Source: an uncultured virus (IMG/VR IMGVR_UViG_3300042908_001353)
Taxonomy: Duplodnaviria > Heunggongvirae > Uroviricota > Caudoviricetes
IMG/VR virus record: IMGVR_UViG_3300042908_001353
Reading direction: 5' to 3' (one strand)
DNA: 64,000 nucleotides
This document shows positions 9,103 through 18,544 of the stretch, one piece after another. The notes beneath the pieces were generated by a model. The model made no database searches, was not told where the DNA came from, and saw only the letters and a list, made by a program, of their open reading frames with translations. Each line of letters opens with the position of its first letter. The first letter of the stretch is position 1. The translations under genes and the position numbers were made by a program.

Positions 9103-9497
9103 TGGATATTGATGAATTTAGAAAAAAGTTTTTCGTTGATGATGGTAAAGTAGTTTCTCGAAAAAAAAATAAGTACAGGAATCAAAAAGTAGAAGTGGAT
9201 GGAATTACTTTTCATTCACGAAAAGAAGCAAACTTTTACTCGGATTTATTAATTAAAAAAAATGCCAAATTAATTACGGATTTTGAAAGGCAAGTTCAAT
9301 ACGATATTCGGGTAAATGATATTCATATTGCTAAATATTTTTTGGATTTCAAAGTCATAAATTTAGATGGAAGCATAAATTACTACGATGTGAAAGGGAA
9401 AGATAAAGTTTCGGGAAAATGGATTACCACCGATGTTTTTGCCCTAAAAAAGAAATTAGTCGAAGCGATTTATGGAATTAAAATTGAAAAGATATGA
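9102..9497 (+). CDS. DUF1064-family endonuclease
   Basis: NKYRNQKVEVDGITFHSRKEA, YFLDF, DVKG, LKKKLVEAIYGIKI. Confidence 0.8.
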   Translation: MDIDEFRKKFFVDDGKVVSRKKNKYRNQKVEVDGITFHSRKEANFYSDLLIKKNAKLITDFERQVQYDIRVNDIHIAKYFLDFKVINLDGSINYYDVKGKDKVSGKWITTDVFALKKKLVEAIYGIKIEKI

Positions 9498-10261
9498 GTT
9501 ACAGAATTACAATTACGGAAAAATGGAAAGATGATTGGTTTAATTCTTTATCACCTAATGCTAAATTGTTGTTTTTATTTTTAGTTGATAATTGTAATAA
9601 TGCAGGTTTTTATGATGTTAGACGTAAATTCTTGTTGTTTTACATAGGTTTAAATGACAAAGAGTTAGATGAAGCAATTATTCAACTAAAAAAAACGTAC
9701 ATAAAAAGTAACGATGGTTCTCGAATTTGGATTAAAAATTTTATTAAACACCAAAAAAAATATCCATTAAATTATAGTAACAATAATCATAAACAGATTA
9801 TAGGTTTGATTCAAGAGAATTTGAATGACGAAAGTAAATTTAAGGGTTGCAATCAATTAAATGCTATGCTTCCTGCCGATATGCAAGTAGGTAAGAGGAA
9901 AAAACGTGAAGTATCAGAAAAAAATGATTTAAGCGATATTGAGCCATCAACGATTATTCCTTTACCTAAATTCGTTAAACCAACGATTGAAGAAATTGCC
10001 GAACAAATGAAAAGCAAAGATTTTGCATATTATGTTGCTGAAAGCAGTCGTTTTTACAATTATTTTGAAAGTCAAGGTTGGAAAGTAGGTAAGAACACAA
10101 TGAAATCTTGGAAAGGTGCAGTACATACTTGGATAAGCAATTTTTATGAACGTAATAAAATGTATGAAAAGAAATCAAAAATTGAAACATTACGAGAAGC
10201 ACACGAAGAACTTATTGAAGTAGATTGGAATGAAGTTTACAAATTAAATGGCGATGAATAA
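9494..10261 (+). CDS. Phage replication initiator-like protein
   Basis: N-terminal WKDDWFNSLSPNAKLLFLFL HTH; C-terminal FYNYFESQGWKVGKNTMKSWKGAVHTW. Confidence 0.7.
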   Translation: MSYRITITEKWKDDWFNSLSPNAKLLFLFLVDNCNNAGFYDVRRKFLLFYIGLNDKELDEAIIQLKKTYIKSNDGSRIWIKNFIKHQKKYPLNYSNNNHKQIIGLIQENLNDESKFKGCNQLNAMLPADMQVGKRKKREVSEKNDLSDIEPSTIIPLPKFVKPTIEEIAEQMKSKDFAYYVAESSRFYNYFESQGWKVGKNTMKSWKGAVHTWISNFYERNKMYEKKSKIETLREAHEELIEVDWNEVYKLNGDE

Positions 10262-11096
10262 TCTAATAAAAAAATCCGATATAACAAATTTATCACCTGT
10301 TGCAAGAGATGTCTATGTTGCAAGTAATAAACCTATGATTAAGTCCTACGAAGATTTGAATATAGTGGTAAATGCGATTCACGTTTCAATTACGCAAGTT
10401 ATTGCAGATAAAGGTGTACGATTAGAAACGGAAGATATTAATTACTTAAAACAAAATATTTGTCGTGATATTATTCACGATTTTAATACGTTGTCATTAG
10501 AAGATGTTAATGTTTGTTTTAGAATGGGGGTAAGAGGTAAATTAGGAGAATATTACGGAATTAATGTTGCTACGCTTTATCAATGGCTTGAAAAATATAA
10601 GAACGAAATTATTCCCGAAATGAATAAGGAAATTCACACGAAGTTGCCAAAACCTATGGAAATCGAAACAGAAGTAGATTATAAAACATTTGACAATTCA
10701 CTCGTTAAAACAATACAAAATATTTTGATTGGTGAAATAGAATTAAATAATTACAATGATTACGGAAATGTGCATTACAACCTATTGGACAAATTTAATT
10801 TTGTTCAATTTACGCCCGATGAAAAAATTGAAATATTTAATCGTGCAAAAGATGTAGTAAAGCACAATTTAACCAAAAAGAATTTATCATTGATTGAACA
10901 GGGTAAAAGCATACAGGTAATTAATACTGAAAAATTTTTGAACGAAATTGAATTAAATTCAAAAACTAACAACGATATAGTAATTATTGAAGCCAAAAAA
11001 ATTGCTTTTCGTGATTGTTTAAGCAGAATAGAAAATACAGAAAAATTTATTGAAGAATTAACACAAAAAATTGAAGAACACTATGAAAAAAAATGA
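10248..11096 (+). CDS. Hypothetical replication-associated protein (possible helicase loader)
   Basis: Follows the initiator; FRMGVRGKLGEYYGINVATLYQWL motif. Confidence 0.55.
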   Translation: MAMNNLIKKSDITNLSPVARDVYVASNKPMIKSYEDLNIVVNAIHVSITQVIADKGVRLETEDINYLKQNICRDIIHDFNTLSLEDVNVCFRMGVRGKLGEYYGINVATLYQWLEKYKNEIIPEMNKEIHTKLPKPMEIETEVDYKTFDNSLVKTIQNILIGEIELNNYNDYGNVHYNLLDKFNFVQFTPDEKIEIFNRAKDVVKHNLTKKNLSLIEQGKSIQVINTEKFLNEIELNSKTNNDIVIIEAKKIAFRDCLSRIENTEKFIEELTQKIEEHYEKK

Positions 11097-11319
11097 AACA
11101 CAAAAATTCGATACCTATGTGGTAAACATTGGTAGAAACATAAAGCGATTACGAAAGGAAAAAAATATAAGTCAAAAAGAATTAGCCGATAAATTAAACG
11201 TAACGCACTTTTGGATTTGTAAATTAGAAAGCGGTAAGCGAAATACAACGATTTTTAGATTACACGAAATAGCATTTTACCTTGAAACAGATTTAACTAA
11301 CTTAATTACAGAAAAATGA
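11083..11319 (+). CDS. XRE/Cro-family HTH regulator
   Basis: IKRLRKEKNISQKELADKLNVT...LESGKRNTT. Confidence 0.9.
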   Translation: MKKNETQKFDTYVVNIGRNIKRLRKEKNISQKELADKLNVTHFWICKLESGKRNTTIFRLHEIAFYLETDLTNLITEK

Positions 11320-11561
11320 TACTAATTAAAGATGGTAAAGAATTTACCTTGAAGCATATAGATTACGATTTATTACAAGTAATTATTCGTGGATTAAAAC
11401 ACGAAAAAAATAATGTTCAAGAAAATATAAGTTCACTTATCGTGGAAAATATGAATAATCCCGAACAATCTGAAACTAATCAAAAACAAATTGAATTTCT
11501 TAAATCGTTAAGAGTAGAAATAGATAAACTATTAGAAGATTACACAGAAATTAACCTGTAA
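11316..11561 (+). CDS. Hypothetical protein
   Basis: 81 aa, ATGA overlap. Confidence 0.7.
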   Translation: MILIKDGKEFTLKHIDYDLLQVIIRGLKHEKNNVQENISSLIVENMNNPEQSETNQKQIEFLKSLRVEIDKLLEDYTEINL

Positions 11562-11566
11562 GAAAT

Positions 11567-11598
11567 AAAAAACCCCCAAGCCGAAGCGAGGGGGGGGG
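11567..11598. terminator. Terminator at the convergence of the early and late arms
   Basis: AAAAAA-CCCCC...GGGGG hairpin; U tail on - strand. Confidence 0.55.
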
Positions 11599-11633
11599 AA
11601 TCAATGACCTATAACGAGCAGAAATAGGATTGA

Positions 11634-12074
11634 TTAAATGGCTAACATAACACCCGATAAAAAGATACCACTAACAATGGCTATCCACTTTCCAATTTTT
11701 TGATTGCGTAATTGTTTTTTTAGCAATTTATTTTCCCTTTGGTGAATATCTATTATTTTATCTTTTTCCTGTATTATTAATTTGTTGTTTTCAATGATTT
11801 GATTTTGTGAAAAAACGATTTGATTTGTTTCACTAATTATTTGCTCTTTTTTGATTAGTTCGTTATTATCAATAATTCGTAATTCTTGGCATTGTTTTCT
11901 TTCTTCGTTCCATACCCCTAATTGCTTGGCTTGGGCAACCTTAAAACAAACCAATGTATCGTTCTCAATCACTAATGATTTAGGATATTTTTGCCCAATT
12001 AAATTAAAAGCAAAAACAATAAATAAAATACTAATTAAATTCTGCATCCCAATAGTTAGTAATTTCTTTCGCAT
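11634..12074 (-). CDS. Signal peptide, coiled coil and C-terminal TM protein (possible spanin-like)
   Basis: Hydrophobic ends and central heptads; last gene of the lysis region. Confidence 0.5.
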   Translation of the reverse strand: MRKKLLTIGMQNLISILFIVFAFNLIGQKYPKSLVIENDTLVCFKVAQAKQLGVWNEERKQCQELRIIDNNELIKKEQIISETNQIVFSQNQIIENNKLIIQEKDKIIDIHQRENKLLKKQLRNQKIGKWIAIVSGIFLSGVMLAI

Positions 12075-12402
12075 CCATTTGCTTTACTTTCGCTATTTCT
12101 TTTTTATATCGTATTTCTACTTTCGATTTCAATTTATTAAGTGAATCTACTTGATTATTTAGTTTCACTATTTTTTGATTTTGATATTCTATTTCTTGTT
12201 CGTATTTTTCAATTATTCCTTCACGGAATTTAATTTCATTTTTTATTTCTTTCAACTTTGCTTTACGTTCACTTTCGTATGCACGTTTGTAGTGAAATTT
12301 AGACGTACACATATTGAGCATAAATGCAGTAGCAATAATTATTCCCCAACCAAAATAAGATAGGGGTATTTTTCTCCCCCAAAAATCTTCCGAAAATTTC
12401 AT
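12031..12402 (-). CDS. N-terminal TM plus coiled coil (possible i-spanin-like)
   Basis: YFGWGIIIATAFML TM then long coiled coil; overlaps partner gene. Confidence 0.5.
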   Translation of the reverse strand: MKFSEDFWGRKIPLSYFGWGIIIATAFMLNMCTSKFHYKRAYESERKAKLKEIKNEIKFREGIIEKYEQEIEYQNQKIVKLNNQVDSLNKLKSKVEIRYKKEIAKVKQMDAKEITNYWDAEFN

Positions 12403-12902
12403 TACGCCTTAATTGTAATTACTTCGTTATTTGGTTTAGTTATCTTAAATTCTACCCTGCGATTTCTTTCCCTATTTGAATCGTTATCATTAGGTACAAT
12501 AGGTTTACTTTCACCAAATCCCTGTGCGGTTATTGTTTCGGCATTGACACCCTTTTTAACTAAATAATCTTTTACGGCATTGGCTCTATTTTGTGATAAT
12601 TTAAGGTTATATTCATCGCTACCTTTATCGTCTGTATGACCTGCAATATCTAATTTCCAATTTTTAGCATCAATTAAAGTTTGTGCTAATTTATCTAATG
12701 AACTAAAACTACTTTCACGAATCGTTGCTTTTCCAAAATCAAAATTAAGGTTATCAAAAGCATCCTGTAAAATATTCGGTTGCGGTTGTGGTTGTGGTTG
12801 TGGTTTTGGTTTTCTACGAAAGTAAAAATAAGCACCCACTCCTGCGAGTACCAAAATTGTTCCAACAACCAATACCGTTTTTGTTGTTTTAGTCATAGCC
12901 AT
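12402..12902 (-). CDS. Membrane-anchored OmpA-family peptidoglycan-binding protein
   Basis: IAGHTDDKGSDEYNLKLSQNRANAV, GFGESKP, NRRVEF; N-terminal TM and PQ linker. Confidence 0.92.
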   Translation of the reverse strand: MAMTKTTKTVLVVGTILVLAGVGAYFYFRRKPKPQPQPQPQPNILQDAFDNLNFDFGKATIRESSFSSLDKLAQTLIDAKNWKLDIAGHTDDKGSDEYNLKLSQNRANAVKDYLVKKGVNAETITAQGFGESKPIVPNDNDSNRERNRRVEFKITKPNNEVITIKA

Positions 12903-12904
12903 AA

Positions 12905-13234
12905 TTACATATTTTTCGTAACAAATTTAAGTATAAATACAATACCTATTAATGTTAAAGTTATTGTACCATAAAATAGAAAATCATTGTCAAAAAATTC
13001 CATTCCATATTTATATTGCGAATATCTGCCATAAGGCAATAATTTCCACTTGTATTTTTTTCCATCAGTTTGATACAACTCAAAAATCAAGAAATTATTT
13101 GGTTCAATATCGGCAGGTAAATTTTTTAACGCTTCACCTACCGAATTGAACATTGAAGATTCAAGAATAGTATTATCTTTTGGATTAATCCAAGTAAGTT
13201 TTATTGTTCCTTTATTATAGGGTAAATCACTCAC
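12905..13234 (-). CDS. Hypothetical protein, C-terminal TM
   Basis: 109 aa, GTG start. Confidence 0.7.
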   Translation of the reverse strand: MSDLPYNKGTIKLTWINPKDNTILESSMFNSVGEALKNLPADIEPNNFLIFELYQTDGKKYKWKLLPYGRYSQYKYGMEFFDNDFLFYGTITLTLIGIVFILKFVTKNM

Positions 13235-13240
13235 TTAAAA

Positions 13241-13369
13241 TTACTTTGCCTTATAAACTATCATTCCTGTTTTTGTAGTCATAGCCACATAGGTTTTTCC
13301 ATTGTAAGTAAAAGATTTAGCACCTTCTTTCTTCGCTTGTAACATTTTAGTAAAATACTCGTTTGCCAT
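13241..13369 (-). CDS. Small basic protein, 42 aa (not in ORF track)
   Basis: MANEYFTKMLQAKKEGAKSFTYNGKTYVAMTTKTGMIVYKAK fills the gap. Confidence 0.65.
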   Translation of the reverse strand: MANEYFTKMLQAKKEGAKSFTYNGKTYVAMTTKTGMIVYKAK

Positions 13370-13390
13370 TTTATATATATTTAATTGTTA

Positions 13391-13966
13391 CTATTTAATT
13401 GCAGGGTATTCGTCTTTCGTGTATTTGTAGAAAAATTGACGAATATAAATTCCTGTTGGGTTTTTGAAATCAAGCACTAACTTGTAATCTTTTCCACCAA
13501 TTATTTTTTTCATTCGTTCTTCTTGTCCTATTGCACGTTTATCTGCACCGCTACCTGCTGAACCAAAAGTCATAAAACCTGTATATGCTTTACCATCGGT
13601 ACTTGGTTTTATTGTTGCTTCCCACGTTACTTTGTAATTCTTTGAATCAATATTTATTTTCAAATCAGTTACATCGGGGTTTATTCCTTTTTTATACAAA
13701 TCAACCAACGCTTCTTTTATTTTTGTGGACATACGACCACCGAAACCATCGGATTTTCTACGTTCAAAACTATGTAAAGCATCCCCCATATTAGGCGTTC
13801 CTTTTGGAACAACATATTCACCTTTTACAATAAGACCTTCACTCATAATTTTATTATTTACTTTATTTTTTCTTTTTCTTCTAACTACTAAACCAACAAC
13901 AAGTGCAGTCGCTAAAACGCTACCTATACCTGCAATTATCCATATTTGTTGTTTAGTTAAAGCCAC
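13391..13966 (-). CDS. N-terminally anchored membrane protein
   Basis: TM followed by RRKRK. Confidence 0.75.
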   Translation of the reverse strand: MALTKQQIWIIAGIGSVLATALVVGLVVRRKRKNKVNNKIMSEGLIVKGEYVVPKGTPNMGDALHSFERRKSDGFGGRMSTKIKEALVDLYKKGINPDVTDLKINIDSKNYKVTWEATIKPSTDGKAYTGFMTFGSAGSGADKRAIGQEERMKKIIGGKDYKLVLDFKNPTGIYIRQFFYKYTKDEYPAIK

Positions 13967-14112
13967 TATTTTAATCGTTTAATTTCCTTAAAGTGTTTGT
14001 ATGCACCCAATCCATAAAACAATAACATCGCTATCGTAACAATAGTCGCTAAATTCAAAACTTTTAATATTTCTGAATTTTTTATTGATTCTATATCTAT
14101 TTTTTCTTCCAT
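13966..14112 (-). CDS. Small membrane protein, 48 aa (not in ORF track)
   Basis: MEEKIDIESIKNSEILKVLNLATIVTIAMLLFYGLGAYKHFKEIKRLK; stop overlaps next GTG. Confidence 0.65.
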   Translation of the reverse strand: MEEKIDIESIKNSEILKVLNLATIVTIAMLLFYGLGAYKHFKEIKRLK

Positions 14113-14113
14113 T

Positions 14114-14389
14114 TTACCAAAGTAATTGGTCAGCGTACCAACCATTCGTTCCTTTTTTTAACCTATCTTTTTTATGGCGTATTTTATATAATCTACGTCT
14201 TTCATCAGCATATTTTTTACCCATTTTTTTCATATAAGTTGGGTAATCGGAATAACCTAATGCCCCCACCGATGCGACTTTAACACCACCTTTGTAAACA
14301 TCTATTTTTTTACCTTCTACACTACTTGGTTTTACGACTAATCCTAATCGTTTTGCCTGTTTTTTAGTATAGTCAGTAATTCGATACAT
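14114..14389 (-). CDS. Basic protein resembling DUF5754-type viral proteins
   Basis: KKIDVY...GALGYSDY...RRRLYKIRH...GWYADQLLW. Confidence 0.6.
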   Translation of the reverse strand: MYRITDYTKKQAKRLGLVVKPSSVEGKKIDVYKGGVKVASVGALGYSDYPTYMKKMGKKYADERRRLYKIRHKKDRLKKGTNGWYADQLLW

Positions 14390-14781
14390 TACTTATTAGG
14401 TTTTGGATTCACGGTATCTCCACTTGCCCACAATCTACACCAATGGTCTAATTCAATATTTCCTTGAATTTGCGAACAAATTAATTCATCATTCACATAT
14501 CGCTGAAATGTAAAACGGCAATTACCACATTTTTGTCCACGATAAGGTTTTCCAATATAATTACTACCTTTTTTTGTCATTTTATATGGCGGTGTTCCCG
14601 AACCAAGTAACCAATACAATAAAGGTTTTTTACGTCTTTCTTCAATAGGCAATCTACGAAATTGGCTTATTGCTTTTTGCACATAAACATTGGCTTTAAC
14701 CCCTGCTTTTGGATAATCAAAATTATTATCGCCATATTTTTGACCATCAACGCCTATTAAATCTTCAAATATATCATCCAT
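14389..14781 (-). CDS. Protein with HiPIP-like 4-Cys motif
   Basis: QKCGNCRF...ICSQIQGNIELDHWCRLW. Confidence 0.55.
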   Translation of the reverse strand: MDDIFEDLIGVDGQKYGDNNFDYPKAGVKANVYVQKAISQFRRLPIEERRKKPLLYWLLGSGTPPYKMTKKGSNYIGKPYRGQKCGNCRFTFQRYVNDELICSQIQGNIELDHWCRLWASGDTVNPKPNK

Positions 14782-14791
14782 AATATATTAT

Positions 14792-15076
14792 TTAAGCACC
14801 GCAACAACCACCAAAATTAGATGAACCACCACAACCACAACCACTTGCAGAAGAATAATTATCGCAACAAGTTTTACAATCTTGACTTCCACAATATCCA
14901 ATTACACCACCCTTGCAACGACAAACACCTGTTCCTTTATCATTTCTTCCTTTTCTACCACCATCTGCATTTGACATTGTTTCAGCCATTTTTGGTGCTT
15001 TTGATTTCATCAAATGATTGGCAACTATAAAACTACCAACTAATACACCTGTAATAATTAATATTTCTTTATTCAT
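14792..15076 (-). CDS. TM-anchored Cys/Gly-rich small protein
   Basis: N-terminal TM, SNADG motif, 10 Cys in the C-terminal half. Confidence 0.7.
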   Translation of the reverse strand: MNKEILIITGVLVGSFIVANHLMKSKAPKMAETMSNADGGRKGRNDKGTGVCRCKGGVIGYCGSQDCKTCCDNYSSASGCGCGGSSNFGGCCGA

Positions 15077-15086
15077 ATTTTTATTT

Positions 15087-15914
15087 TTAAATGTTTATTT
15101 TTTTCATAAAGTTAGGTAACTTACCTTTTTTCTTTAAGTAAAGATAAGTCAAAGTTCCCGATATACCCAATACTGCTATCGCAATACCTACTGCAACAAC
15201 TCGTTTAACTATTCTTTTTTTTTTGTCGGCATCGGTTTCATCGCTACTTGAATCAAATACGCCTGTGCTTTTATTTTTTTCAAGTATTTGCTTCCATAGG
15301 TCAAAGTTAGAATTTACTTCACTTAAACCTTTTGAACCACCATTAACACTTTTTCTTGCCAAAGTTAAATTACCATCCCTTGCCATATCAAAAGTGCTTC
15401 GATTTACACCATTTTTAGCATAAATACCACCTCTTTTTTTACTTAAAAATGCTGTCGCTATTTTGTACGAATTTTTTGGCTCTAATGCCTTATCTCCATC
15501 GTTTACTAAATCAACTCCAATTAAATCACCATAACTTTGATAATTTGCTTTTCCTGTTAATTGAATTAATCCACGACCAAAATAGGGTAATCCATTTTTG
15601 TCAGTACCTAATGTGTAATAATTCTTTTTACCACCTGTTGTACTACGATAATAATTTAATGCTTTTTCGCAGGGTTTAACATTGTATGCAACTCCTGTTT
15701 TACCACAAAGGTAATCGGCTTCCCATCGTTCAAGAGAATAATCACTTTCACTTTTAGCCGTTGCTAATAAATATGCTAAATCGGATATGCTCGTAACTTT
15801 ACTATCATTTTTAGCGTATTCAAATATCTTTCGTAAAGAATTTTCAAATTTCGTACTTCGACCACTTCTTTTGTAATCGGATATTGCACCATCTATGTCT
15901 ATCGAAACTCCCAT
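15087..15914 (-). CDS. GH19-family lysozyme/chitinase-like enzyme with C-terminal TM
   Basis: AYLLATAKSES, YFGRGLIQLTGKANY, ARKSVNGG. Confidence 0.85.
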   Translation of the reverse strand: MGVSIDIDGAISDYKRSGRSTKFENSLRKIFEYAKNDSKVTSISDLAYLLATAKSESDYSLERWEADYLCGKTGVAYNVKPCEKALNYYRSTTGGKKNYYTLGTDKNGLPYFGRGLIQLTGKANYQSYGDLIGVDLVNDGDKALEPKNSYKIATAFLSKKRGGIYAKNGVNRSTFDMARDGNLTLARKSVNGGSKGLSEVNSNFDLWKQILEKNKSTGVFDSSSDETDADKKKRIVKRVVAVGIAIAVLGISGTLTYLYLKKKGKLPNFMKKINI

Positions 15915-16591
15915 TATTTTAGATTTTTGATAACGACAAACACATTACTACTTTTATTTTTATCTATTTTTCCATTAGATAAATAATAATTTTTCTTTGA
16001 TACTGAATCACTAACATTTCCACCAATACCTACGGCTACATTACCATTAATTTCAGTAATTAAATCACAATGCGATTTGTAACCTGCACTTGAATCGTAA
16101 GTAACTCCGCTTTGTCTTGGATAACACACTAAATCCCCTACTTTAACATCTACTTCTTCGGGTTTGTATGCTTTGAATTTTTTTGAATTATTTTCTTTTC
16201 TATTTTTTACTGCTTCGGCAATATATTGAGAATGTGATTGTGAATATTTAAAATCATCTCCTGCACCTGCTTTACGCATTAAATAAGAAATGAAAGCAGA
16301 ACTCCACGCTTCGCTAATATAATAATTATCATTTTTTTTAATCCCTGCACCTTGTTCCCAATAATTTCTTAAATCTTGTAAAGTATCTTTTGAACCTTCT
16401 TTAATTCTTTTTCCGCCTTTATTCCATTTATCCCATTCGCTATTTGCTAAATCAACTAATTTACCTGTAAAGTCCGAAGATGATTTCGTACTACCACCGC
16501 TTTTTTTCTTTCGCAAAGTAATTAGCAGACCACCAATAGTTAAAATTGATACACCACCTAAAATAAGCCAATATTTGTTTTTTAAGTCCAT
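15914..16591 (-). CDS. TM-anchored DUF2272 (CHAP/NlpC-like) protein
   Basis: AWSSAFISYLM, HSQYI, GDLVC, SHCD, IGGNVSDSV. Confidence 0.75.
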   Translation of the reverse strand: MDLKNKYWLILGGVSILTIGGLLITLRKKKSGGSTKSSSDFTGKLVDLANSEWDKWNKGGKRIKEGSKDTLQDLRNYWEQGAGIKKNDNYYISEAWSSAFISYLMRKAGAGDDFKYSQSHSQYIAEAVKNRKENNSKKFKAYKPEEVDVKVGDLVCYPRQSGVTYDSSAGYKSHCDLITEINGNVAVGIGGNVSDSVSKKNYYLSNGKIDKNKSSNVFVVIKNLK

Positions 16592-16908
16592 TACTTTTTG
16601 AATACTTTAACAAGATAACGAATGATTGAATGATTGAAATAACCTGCTAAAAATGAAAATAATTTTGTTGCCCCTGTTCCATTTTTTAATACAACTCCCA
16701 ATGTGTCCATTACATCTCTTGACATTATTAATAACACAAAAATTGAAATAAAAGAAAGTAAAACTCGAATATAATTATTTACATCTGAAAGAAAATAACC
16801 TAACGATAAAGGAAGTGCCTTATTACGTCTATCTAAAACCATCATAAGTATATGGGTAATAATACCACATAAAGCCAATAATATATTTTCAAAAGTTAAA
16901 TTTTCCAT
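16591..16908 (-). CDS. Holin-like multi-TM protein
   Basis: 105 aa, three hydrophobic segments, lysis context. Confidence 0.5.
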   Translation of the reverse strand: MENLTFENILLALCGIITHILMMVLDRRNKALPLSLGYFLSDVNNYIRVLLSFISIFVLLIMSRDVMDTLGVVLKNGTGATKLFSFLAGYFNHSIIRYLVKVFKK

Positions 16909-16910
16909 AT

Positions 16911-17309
16911 TTATTTTTTTAAGTCCTTGTTTAACATAACAACCCTATCTTTTAATTCATTGTAATCTGCCACAAAAATTTCTTTTGGTCGTTGAACAGG
17001 ATAATATTCTATTTTATTTTTTTCCCTATCAAGTTTTACTTCAATAGCCGTTCTTGGTGGTTCACCAAATATTTCTTCATCGGGTTTTGTAATTAATATA
17101 GGATTATTTATACTAAAATCATCTATATTATTTGGCATATCATAACCCCTTACATACGATATTTCATCTTGACCCCAAAAGGTAGTTCTATCATCGTTTT
17201 CATCGAATATTGGCTTCTCTTTATTCATTTGAAGTAAATACGGATATAAGTATTTATACCCAACATATACGATACCACCTATTACTAATATTTTAAGTAC
17301 ATTTTTCAT
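16911..17309 (-). CDS. N-terminally anchored membrane protein
   Basis: ILVIGGIVYVGYKY TM. Confidence 0.7.
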   Translation of the reverse strand: MKNVLKILVIGGIVYVGYKYLYPYLLQMNKEKPIFDENDDRTTFWGQDEISYVRGYDMPNNIDDFSINNPILITKPDEEIFGEPPRTAIEVKLDREKNKIEYYPVQRPKEIFVADYNELKDRVVMLNKDLKK

Positions 17310-17449
17310 TACTTATTTTTTTTTATGTCTTTTATTTCTAAATAGGTTTTGTAGGATGATAACGTATAATAGGTAATTACCGAAACGGCAACAATTAAAC
17401 TTATGTTCCCTATTTTTTTAACATTAATACCTTTAAGTAATTCTTCCAT
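17309..17449 (-). CDS. Small membrane protein, 46 aa (not in ORF track)
   Basis: MEELLKGINVKKIGNISLIVAVSVITYYTLSSYKTYLEIKDIKKNK; TAATG overlaps on both sides. Confidence 0.7.
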   Translation of the reverse strand: MEELLKGINVKKIGNISLIVAVSVITYYTLSSYKTYLEIKDIKKNK

Positions 17450-17781
17450 TAGTAAACTATTTTAGCACCAAAATCTATGGTTTGTTTAGAAACTTCTTTA
17501 CCATCTTTATCTTTAATCACAAATTCAATAGTTTTATCTTTACTTGTAAAAACCAACTTATACTTATTCGGGTTATATGTTTTTCCTGCGGTCATTTCGC
17601 CACTATCTCCCAATGCAACGGTTTTTTTATTATACCCAAAATCTACATTTACTTTGTTATTTACAAAATCGTATTTTGATAACATAAAAAATGGTTTTCT
17701 GTTTCTAACCCCAAACCAATAAACGCCTAACACCGCTAATGGTAAACCAACACCTAATAATATTTTTCCTGTTTTATTCAT
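17449..17781 (-). CDS. N-terminally anchored membrane protein
   Basis: ATG 17781; TM then beta-rich domain. Confidence 0.7.
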   Translation of the reverse strand: MNKTGKILLGVGLPLAVLGVYWFGVRNRKPFFMLSKYDFVNNKVNVDFGYNKKTVALGDSGEMTAGKTYNPNKYKLVFTSKDKTIEFVIKDKDGKEVSKQTIDFGAKIVY

Positions 17782-17782
17782 T

Positions 17783-18544
17783 TTATACAATTTTTGCTAT
17801 TTCAAAGTGCATACCATCTTTACGAGTAAAGTGTCCGCCCCAATAAAATCCAAATTCATTTGCGATTGGAACTATTTCCCTAACCGAACCTTTTTGACCA
17901 ACTAATGCAGGTATTTTATTTAATCCATTTTGAGCAACATTTACATCGAAAGCAGTACCCCAACTATGATTACTTAAATTCGTTCTACTACCACGAACAT
18001 AACGTGGATAAAACGCCCCTGCATAACTAATAATATGCGTATGTAAATTTTCTTTTTCTAATGTTTCAAAAAAACGAATTAATTGGTCTTTTCCGTATTT
18101 ATGCCACATCATCATTGAGTGTTTACCCCCTGTTGCTTTTGATAAAGCAGGTAAATTAACTCGAACAATATTTTTTGACACCCAATCCCCAAGAATTGAT
18201 ATTGCTTCGGGATTTTGTGCAGTTGGCGTTGCCTTAAATTGAAATTCACCAAATATTTTAGCACGTTCTTTATTTCCTACTAATGGATTAAAATTAGGTT
18301 TAGGTGGAAATTCTAAATCGTTATCGGATTTACCAAATCCTAATTCTTTTGCTTTTTCAATAGTTTTCATACCTACAACTCCATCCGCAGTTAAATTGTG
18401 TGCGTTTTGAAATTTAATTGTAGCATCGTGTGTTTTTTGCCCAAAATCTTCATCAACAACACCTAAATACAATTCTTCCCCACGAAGAAAAGTTTGCCAA
18501 TCCCCAACTAAATCACCTTTTGAACCTATTTTAATAAATGTCAT
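17783..18544 (-). CDS. Endolysin: PG-binding domain plus M15-family peptidase
   Basis: FQNAHNLTADGVVG; SNHSWGTAFD; WGGHF..KDGMHFE. Confidence 0.9.
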   Translation of the reverse strand: MTFIKIGSKGDLVGDWQTFLRGEELYLGVVDEDFGQKTHDATIKFQNAHNLTADGVVGMKTIEKAKELGFGKSDNDLEFPPKPNFNPLVGNKERAKIFGEFQFKATPTAQNPEAISILGDWVSKNIVRVNLPALSKATGGKHSMMMWHKYGKDQLIRFFETLEKENLHTHIISYAGAFYPRYVRGSRTNLSNHSWGTAFDVNVAQNGLNKIPALVGQKGSVREIVPIANEFGFYWGGHFTRKDGMHFEIAKIV

